In this document: positions 36,061 through 43,426 of the stretch, in pieces
How positions within the stretch are numbered: position 1 is the first letter of the stretch
How the letters are laid out: each line of letters starts with the position of its first letter
Source: Mesotaenium endlicherianum
Taxonomy: Eukaryota
Reading direction: 5' to 3'
Length of the DNA: 43,426 nt
Assembly: GCA_009602735.1 (NCBI GenBank)
Contig: WELA01002918.1
Location: 47,427 to 90,852, forward strand
Position numbers and translations under genes: made by a program
Notes under the pieces: generated by a model
Seen by the model: only the letters and a program-made list of their open reading frames with translations
Told to the model about the DNA's origin: nothing
The model's database searches: none

Positions 36061-36191
36061 TGTTGGGATTGCCTGCTCTCTTGTTTGCCTATTGTTGTGT
36101 TTTTGCTTGTTTAAATGGCATTTGAATGGCATCTTGTTATGTCTCTTACAAGTTGTTACTGTACTTCATTATTGCAGGTTTCACGCGCATC

Positions 36192-38543
36192 ATGTCTCAA
36201 CCATGCACTTCGTCTGGAGCAACGCTTGGTGGAATGAGGGCGTCCACTGCAGCTTTAACCGCTCGTCTTCCCCCTAGGGCAGTTGCTGCAAGGTCTGGTC
36301 CAGAGTGGGGCCATGTGACCATCGTTGTGGAAGCCAAGTCCAAGAATTCATATCCGAAGGTGAAGTGCAACTACTGCCCCAGGGAGTTTACCGGTGGAGT
36401 CACGCGGATTCGTGGCCATTTCACAGGAGGCTGTAAGGATGTTAGTCAGTGTGAGGATGTTCCCGATGAAGTTCTAGATCTCATGATTAGCCGTAGCAAC
36501 GGTATGGCTAATTCTTTATTAGGAACGCGACGTAGGAAGAGTGTCATACAAGCTGCACGAAAGCGCGTGCATGAATGGGGTTGTGCAAGTGCTGGAGAGT
36601 CCCCCTCCTTAGGCAGGGAGTCAGGGCAAACCTCTATAAGTGACATGTTGCAGAAGATGAATGCTGATGCTGTTCATGAGACTGTCGCCCGTTTCTTCTA
36701 TGGCACTGGTTGCTCATTCAATGTTGCTCGCAGTGACTTCTTTAGGGACATGTTGGTTGCTGTCAGTAAGTACACCTTAGAAACGGGTCTAGTGTATGTC
36801 CCGATGAAGGATAAGCCTCTCGGAAGTACCCTACTAGATAAAGAGGTGTCGAAGATAGAGGCTTGGGAGAAGAAACAAAAAAAGGGACTACCACAGATGG
36901 GTTGTAGCATTGTAGCAGATGGGTGGACCGATCCATGTGGGCACCCTCTTCTTAACGTGCTTATGGTTGTGGGAGGCACTGAAATGTTCATGGATGCTAT
37001 CAACACTGAGGGTGAAAGGAAAACGGGTGAGTACATTGGTAGCCACCTGCTTGCGGCCGTGGAGAAAATAGGGGCCGATCATGTCGTACAACTTTGCACA
37101 GACTCTGCAGCTAACATTGTAGCTGGTTGTAATGTGGTTCGTGAGAAGCACCCGCATATATATTGGACGCCTTGTGCTGCTCACATTTTGGACCTGCTGT
37201 TGAAAGACATAGGAAAAGTAAAAGAGCTAGAGGGCATAATCGATAGCTTCAAGCACTTGGTCCAGTTTGTTGCAAACCACCACATGCCTCACGCTCTTTA
37301 CCGTGAGCATGGGGCAAGGCTTGAGAATAAACTAGAGTTGTTGAAGCCAGGACCCACGAGGTTTGCTAGTAACTTCCTTTGCTTGCAACGACTCATTGTT
37401 GTGAGGGATACCTTACAAGCTATGGTGTCTGACAGAAGATGGCTCGAGTGGGCGGCAAAGAACGGTTGTGTAGGTGAGGCTACGGAGATTAGAGACCTAG
37501 TTCGCGACGATGAACTTTGGGAGCGAGTGAAGGTATGGGTAGCCGTGTGTGAGCCGATTGTAGTTCTCCTTCGACTAGTCGACTCTCCACAACCTTCTCT
37601 TGGGAAGATTTGGGCTCGCATGAGTGCCATTAAAGAGCATGTGCATGAGATTGTAGGACTCAAACCAGCACAAATAACCCAAGTTAAGAAGGACGTGAAG
37701 GCTCGCTGGGAGCAGCTTCACAGCCCCCTGCATTCTGCAGGTAAAACTCTATTTTGATGTTGCTCACTTTTTTGCTTGGCGGCTGGCGTTCTCTTGCATG
37801 CTTGTTATCGTGTGCTGGTCATTGTTTTTGTTTTTGTGCTTGCTATTGTTATTGCTCTCTCTTTTGTGAAGTGCATTGTGTTGTCATATACTAAGTTTAC
37901 TTCTTGACTTTGTTTGACTACAGGCTACTATTTGGACCCCGAGTTCCAAGACCATGAGTCTTGGGCAATTGAGAAGTGTCTACTAACCGATTGGTCCGAC
38001 GTGCGGAATACCCTTGTTGGAGGAAGTGTGCTTGACCGAGCATTGGTGGATCGAGAGTTGGCGCTCTACCGGCAAAGCGGTGACATTTTTGGCGATGATG
38101 TTTGCAAGGCTAATAAGACCATGATGCCTGCTCACAAGTGGTGGGAAACATAGGGAAGTCATTGTCCTAATCTTCAGCTTCTTGCTATGAGAATATTGTC
38201 GCAACCCGGTTCACCAACTGCATGTGAGAGAAATTGGTCTGAGTACGGGTTTGTTCATAGTCCACTTCGCAATAGGCTGCTCCCTACTAGAGCAAAGAAG
38301 TTAGTGTATGTGCATTCTATGTTGAGACTTCAGGAGAAGAGTTTGGACTTCCTTGGACCAAGTGTCGGCGCGACTCCATGGGTTGAAGAAGCGGAGTTCT
38401 TGGAGACATCTGAAGAGGAGGATCTCAATCTTGCCGTGCATGCCTCGTTGAGTGAGGGGATGGAGGTGGAGGAAGAGGAGGTGGAGGAGCGACCTAGTGG
38501 TTCCGCTCCACTAAGAAGAAGGCCAAGAGCGATTGGTTACTAG
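36192..38543 (+). pseudogene. hAT transposase (BED zinc finger, DUF659-type catalytic core, hAT dimerisation domain); coding exons 36192-37740 and 37924-38543; in-frame TAG at 38151-38153
   Basis: BED W.H...KCNYC...RIRGH...C; catalytic ADGWTD and CTDSA; CAAH; GPTRFA; intron GTAAA(37741)..CAG(37923) joins LHSAG-YYLDP; WWET*GSHCPNLQLLAMRILSQ...CERNWS...RNRL. Confidence 0.93.
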
Positions 38544-38661
38544 ATGTGTTAGTCAGTTAACTTGTATGTACGAAAGGTAGCATGTACATATTAAAGAAAA
38601 AAAAGGAGGTTGAGAAAATGAATATATTTGAAATCAAATTTTTGTGCCCTATGTCTTCATG

Positions 38662-39113
38662 GAATGTGGTACTTAGTGAATGACTTACATGGTATGGATT
38701 ACCTCTAACTTCTTATGCATGCTTGCAAAGAGTATGAATCATGTTTATACTTCTACATTAAAGCTCATTTTACTCGTTTAAGAAGTAATGATACTCCTAA
38801 GTGTTCTTATTGAATCAATTAGCTAGTTAAAATGTACAAAAAGAATGCTCTGCTAAGTGGCCCTCCCAGTGTTAGTGAGAAAAAGAGAGTACGAAAATAA
38901 TCCTTAATCTATCTTCAATCACTCTTGAATGTGGCATTTATAAGAACTTCTTAGTTGTTAGACATGCTTGCTAAGATGTTGAATTATATTTATACCTCTT
39001 CATTGAAGCTTGTTGTACTCGACTAAGAAGTAATGATACTGCTCAATGTTCTAATTCAACAAATAAATAAATTAGGAAGTACAAAAAAGAACTTTGCTAA
39101 GCGGCCCTCCCAG
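38662..39113 (+). repeat. Diverged tandem duplication (~250-bp period) in the hAT 3' region
   Basis: gaatgtgg...aacttctta...catgcttgc...tttatac...taagaagtaatgatact...gctaagYggccctcccag occurs twice (ending ~38869 and 39113). Confidence 0.7.
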
Positions 39114-39223
39114 CTTTGACATGATTGAATGTCGTATAGATGGTACATAAACAAAGCGGTCACAAGACATNACAAAGCGGTCACAAGACATTTTATTTAA
39201 GGACAAGAATGCGGGTCGTCATA

Positions 39224-39462
39224 GCTACTTATAGTGAATAATTGGTAAATCGTCGCTTCCGGCTTCTGGTGACGGGGTTTCGAGCCCGACGGCTGGCGCC
39301 CGGGGCCATCCATTTTATGGAAATCCGTGATTTCCTTTTCGCCAAGCGTTTTTGCCCTAATAGGTACGTAATTACCGACCGCGAAGTAATAAGAAACGTG
39401 CATGGCTAGTTGGGTAGTGTCTTATCCCTGCACCCGGCGTTGGGTGTTCAAATCCGCTTGCT
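39224..39462 (+). other. Two tRNA-like Pol III A/B-box modules in the hAT 3' subterminal region
   Basis: TAGTGAATAATTGG (39232) ... GGTTTCGAGCCC (39276); TGGCTAGTTGG (39403-39413) ... GTGTTCAAATCC (39444-39455). Confidence 0.4.
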
Positions 39463-39667
39463 TAAATCCCTAAATAGAAAAAGTTCAAAGTAATTTTGGA
39501 CATTGTCGCCGCAATCCGGGCAGAGAGCAGATCCGAAATTGCCCGAAAAAAGTTACCGGTCATTTTGAACGAAATAAACAATCTGACATGACGTGCTTTT
39601 TGTACACGTGCGACCGACATGTAATGTCGACGTCGTCGCTACTGCACGTCGACACCGTTCTGACGTT

Positions 39668-39772
39668 GGCGTACTAAGCGTATTAAGCGAACTAGTCCAT
39701 TTTTTTGAACACCGATCTAAGCGAACTAGCGTATTAGTCGAACTAAGCGTACAAGCATACGGCGTAACCCTG
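39668..39772 (-). repeat. Right subterminal TAAGCG(T/A)A motif cluster and right TIR of the hAT
   Basis: ctaagcgtattaagcgaactag...ctaagcgaactagcgtattagtcgaactaagcgtacaagcatacggcgtaaccctg. Confidence 0.85.
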
Positions 39773-40617
39773 TATTTTTCAGCTGTTGTTACTTATTATT
39801 GTTACAGGGATTCTTCACTTGGTTGTCACTTTGGCTCGCACTCTTCTGCCGTTTCCTGAACGTGTTCATACTACTTGTTCTCCAGGTGCACAGTCAAAAC
39901 CCCGTACATCCTCAGGACTCGCAACGTCGGTAACTTCTCCTACTGCAGCTTCGCTCAGACCGACAAGCGCCAGTGGCATAGGACATAGTCCAAGCCCCTC
40001 AGCTATGTCTGACATTGCCAATTTTTCGCACAAGAAGATCATTAATTGGGACTTCCACTCGACTTCCTGTGTTGGTGACTCAGTAAATTAGGGAAGCGCA
40101 AAAAGTTATGGGTGCAGGAAACATGTGAGCATGTTAATGGGAGTCAATGGACTTCGGTGGAGCAGGGGTAGTCATCATGCCCGAGCATACCTGAATAAAG
40201 TGCACAGCAACAACTAGGACTAGTTTATATTTAAGCAAGTACAGGTCCAGGTTCCACGCGTACTTAAGACTTGAGTCATTTAGAGGCAACTGCAAGGAAT
40301 AGTTCTTGTACTCAGGCATACTACTCCAAAATTTACATTTATTTTCCCGCATACGGCATGCTGCAGCAATCATCTTCATTTGCTTTGAGGTTTTGCAATG
40401 AGCGTGCACACTGAAGGCAAACCAGCCACAGGCTAAAGCACCCAAGAGTTCCAAAATATTTGAAGTAAGAACAAATACTAATGGCCACATGGTGGGTGAA
40501 GAAGAAACTCCCAGAGAGAAATATGTGGGTGGTGTAATGAAAATACTTTGCTGTTGCAAGAACTTATATTGCTCTTCCCACAGTGTCCTATCGCCCGTAA
40601 GAACCACAGTGTGCTGG

Positions 40618-41120
40618 TGTAGTGATTTGAATTATTATATATTAGTTTGCATATTTTTTAATGTTTTCAAATATATTTGGAGTAGTATTGTGTGGAGTCA
40701 AGTGTGAATAGGTACTCTAGTAACTTGGTTCATGTCCTTTGAACCTTCCAAGGCATTTTCAAAGTTAGAGGAAAGACCTAGAAGAACTCCATGTGGCAAA
40801 AGTCAAATGTGCCATTTTTAGGTCAAAAGGACATGTGTACATTATTCTAGAAAGAGGTGGCAAGTTTTGGGATGTGTTGGGTGCCAACACATCAACATAC
40901 ACTTTCCCAGAAATTACTTATGTAACAAGTATATAAACAAGAGCTGGAACATAGAAAGACATTCGAGAATCACTCTTGTACTTGCCAAAATCCAGAAATA
41001 TATTAACTTTCAAGAAGCCATCTCTCTTTCAAGAAGCTACCACTTGTGTTCAAAGATCCTTGTCTTGAATAGATAAAGTATTCTGTTTTACTAAGTACTT
41101 TATCTATCTGTTTCACTACA
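40618..41120 (+). repeat. 5' LTR of Gypsy copy 2
   Basis: TGTAGTGA...TCACTACA, 503 bp. Confidence 0.96.
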
Positions 41121-41121
41121 G

Positions 41122-41137
41122 TGGTATCGGAGCTAGG
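41122..41137 (+). promoter_or_regulatory. Primer-binding site complementary to the initiator tRNA-Met 3' end
   Basis: TGGTATCGGAGCTAGG 1 nt after the LTR; differs from canonical TGGTATCAGAGCCAGG only at two G-U-compatible positions. Confidence 0.85.
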
Positions 41138-41157
41138 CACTTTGGTAGCACAAGAAG

Positions 41158-42438
41158 ATGGCCGATCCTCAAGACCAACAGCAAGCTTTCGAAGGAAGCC
41201 CTTCCTCTCCAAGACACCCTCCTCCAGCGCCGATGGGAGAGCCCACTCAAGAAAATCTGCAACAACAAGAAGCACCACAAGGAGGAGCACACCCTCCTCC
41301 AGCGTCGATGGGAGAGCCTACTCAAGGAAATCTGCAACAACAAGAAGCACCACAAGGAGGAGCACCGTCAAATCCCGTGGCAGCCGCTATAGCAAAGTTG
41401 ACCCCACCACAAGGAGTTCCCGCAAATGAGTGGGCAGCCTTCCTAATGACCGTCCACAACCAAGTGGGCTTGGCCACCTATGAAGCAACCGTGCAAGCGT
41501 CAAGAGAAGCTATGGCTGCCATGGTTGCCCCTATTGCGAGCAATGCTCAAAATCCAGCCCCGGCTCAAGCGCCTCCACAAGAGCCAACGAGAGCAAGGAA
41601 ACTCATCAAGCCCGGCAAACCCGACACTTTCAACCCCGGGAAAGGTGCCAACCTGAATTTATGGCTCTACCAAGTGGAGACGTACCTCGCGTTCCTTGAA
41701 GTACCCGAGGAGGACTACGTTCCCTTTGCCGTTACCTTACTTAGAGGAGCAGCAACATCATGGTGGCGTAACTATCAAGCGGCTATATATCAAGCTATGG
41801 CGCACCCCATGCTCGGCCAAGAGCCCCCACCATCATATGCAAGATGGGCAGATTTTCGTGAGGCCCTCAAGAAGCAATTCATGCCCATCAATGCGGAGAA
41901 GATTGCCCGAGGAAAGCTCCACCATCTCAAGCAAACGACGTCCGTTCAAGAGTATACATCCAGATTTCACGCCCTCACTCTTGAGATCCCCAACATGTCT
42001 CTCGAGGAGAAGATTGACCGTTACATCTTTGGCCTCAAACCCAAGGTGGCAAAGGAAGTGGAGTTACGCGACTTGACGGACTTCTCAAAGATCATTGAAG
42101 TGGCCCAAAAGGTGGATACCTTGGATTTCAAGCACTCCGTGCCTTCATCTTCACGGGTACCGACGACGCGGGTGTACGCAGCCCCTTCCACATCCGAATC
42201 TGGACCCACACCCATGGAAATCGGAGTTATTAAAAGGGACCCCGCGGCTGCCCGGAAGAGTGGAAGACCCTCCAATGACACTTATGATGCAAGAAACCAG
42301 CAAGGAGTGAAAGCAAGACTCTCCCCGGCTGAAAAAGAAGCTCTCATGACGGCTGGACTATGCTTCTATTGCAAGGAAAAGGGCCATCGTGCACTTTCAT
42401 GCCCCAAAAAGTTGTCAAAAAACGGACAGCGCCGGTAG
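41158..42438 (+). CDS. gag: Gypsy Gag (426 aa) with a 25-aa tandem duplication and CCHC knuckle
   Basis: Intact ORF; 75-bp duplication 41215-41289 / 41290-41364; [14 protein letters not shown]. Confidence 0.95.
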   Translation: MADPQDQQQAFEGSPSSPRHPPPAPMGEPTQENLQQQEAPQGGAHPPPASMGEPTQGNLQQQEAPQGGAPSNPVAAAIAKLTPPQGVPANEWAAFLMTVHNQVGLATYEATVQASREAMAAMVAPIASNAQNPAPAQAPPQEPTRARKLIKPGKPDTFNPGKGANLNLWLYQVETYLAFLEVPEEDYVPFAVTLLRGAATSWWRNYQAAIYQAMAHPMLGQEPPPSYARWADFREALKKQFMPINAEKIARGKLHHLKQTTSVQEYTSRFHALTLEIPNMSLEEKIDRYIFGLKPKVAKEVELRDLTDFSKIIEVAQKVDTLDFKHSVPSSSRVPTTRVYAAPSTSESGPTPMEIGVIKRDPAAARKSGRPSNDTYDARNQQGVKARLSPAEKEALMTAGLCFYCKEKGHRALSCPKKLSKNGQRR

Positions 42439-43426
42439 GCCAGGAGCCTACCACCCCAAGACCCACTTCACGAGAAGGCAACACGCCAAGTGAGGTGGAG
42501 ACCCCCGTTGAAGACGACGTTCCAGCCCCAATGAGTTTGAGAGGTTACCTTGGAGGAGAGAAGGTCCACATCTTGGTGGATAGCGGAGCTCAAGGCAACT
42601 TCATTGCTGCAGATTTTGCCACCAAGCACGGTATTACTATGCGAACTCTTGACCACGACGAGGAGATTATGATGCCCGATGGATTCTCCTATACTACCCC
42701 TTCCAAGAAGACGTACCCCTTGGCACTCTCTATCAAGTCCTTCAAGGATAGAGTAGTGTTCTCCCCCATGCAATTGGGCAAGTACGACGTCATCCTAGGG
42801 ACGCCTTGGTTGACCAAGCACAACCCCCAAGTTGATTGGAGGACCGGTACTATCAAGATCAAGAATGACATCACTTCAAGAATCTGTATTTTGCGCGCAA
42901 TCCAGAATATCCAGACCCAAGACATCGAGAAGCCGGCACACGAGATACTATTGTCCGCCCTCCAACTCAAGAGACTTGTGAGGAAGGGACACGAGCTTCT
43001 TTTGGCCTTGATCACACCAAAAGACATCGAAAGTCAAGAAGGCAGCCCCATTTTCAAAGAGATACAAGAAGTCTTAGAGGACTACAAAGAAGTGTTCTCC
43101 CCGGAATTGCCCAAGGGCCTACCCCCCAAAAGATTCGTCGACCACAAGATAGAGTTGGAGCCCGGAAGCAAGCCCATCTCTCGGCCTACGTTCAAAATGT
43201 CATACACGGAGCTAGACGAAGTCAAGAAGCAAATCAAGGAGCTACTGGAGCATGGCTTCATTTGATCTAGCAAGTCGCCATTTGGAGCCCCTGTGCTATT
43301 TGTCAAAAAGAAAGATGGTACCTTGAGGATGTGTGTGGACTATCGCGCCCTCAACAAGATCACCATCAAGAATCGATACCCGCTGCCGCGCATGGATGAG
43401 CTCATGGACCGGCTGGTTGGAGCCAA
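42360..43426 (+). pseudogene. pol: Gypsy Pol of copy 2, interrupted by a premature TGA at 43263-43265
   Basis: LVDSGA protease; homology to copy 1 continues past the stop ([29 protein letters not shown]); copy 1 has CGA at this codon. Confidence 0.92.
42417..42452 (+). promoter_or_regulatory. Putative -1 programmed ribosomal frameshift signal
   Basis: A AAA AAC heptamer in gag frame (42417-42423), then stem-loop GGTAGGC-cagga-GCCTACC (42434-42452) containing the gag TAG; pol is in the -1 frame. Confidence 0.75.

Larger units (their letters stand above)
31650..39772 (+). mobile_element. Complete hAT-superfamily DNA transposon (8123 bp)
   Basis: Perfect 15-bp TIR CAGGGTTACGCCGTA (31650-31664; reverse complement at 39758-39772); perfect 8-bp TSD TATTTTTC (31642-31649, 39773-39780); internal BED-finger hAT transposase. 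Confidence 0.97.
40618..43426 (+). mobile_element. Ty3/Gypsy LTR retrotransposon, copy 2 (same family, opposite orientation, truncated by window end)
   Basis: 503-bp LTR, PBS, gag and pol nearly identical to the reverse complement of copy 1; left flank GCTGG (40613-40617) is the expected TSD. Confidence 0.96.

Noticed and set aside
32171..36125. Long Cys/Gly/Leu-rich ORFs (e.g. 32205-33050, 35208-36125)
   Set aside because: By-products of an A-poor 34-bp repeat that is open in several frames; no evidence of real coding
39151..39191. 20-bp direct repeat acaaagcggtcacaagacat
   Set aside because: Exact duplicate around a single n; assembly artefact

Overview
Eukaryotic genomic DNA with several N gaps, plant/streptophyte-algal in character (GC-rich exons, GT-AG introns full of simple repeats, TTTAGGG motifs); the lineage is an inference. 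Left half (1-17.2 kb): the likely last exon of an upstream plus-strand gene, a possible small-exon pseudogene, and one long minus-strand spliced gene for an ankyrin-repeat + CbbX/CfxQ-type AAA+ ATPase (Arabidopsis At3g24530-like). Eight internal/terminal exons of that gene are readable and splice in frame across every junction that does not cross a gap; an apparent ~650-aa low-complexity first exon runs into a gap. Right half (24.4-43.4 kb) is a transposon cluster: a full-length Ty3/Gypsy LTR retrotransposon (minus, 503-bp LTRs), a complete 8.1-kb hAT DNA transposon (15-bp TIRs, 8-bp TSD, transposase with one nonsense codon), and a second, inverted copy of the same Gypsy family running off the window end. 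The most unusual structure is inside the hAT: a ~4-kb 5' region that reads as four AUG-free leader exons whose introns hold an array of ~34 34-bp GC-hairpin units and 210-bp higher-order repeats with TTTAGGG. The hAT also carries tRNA-like A/B-box modules near its 3' end. The Gypsy family shows a -1 ribosomal frameshift signal. All calls were made by eye; no searches were run.
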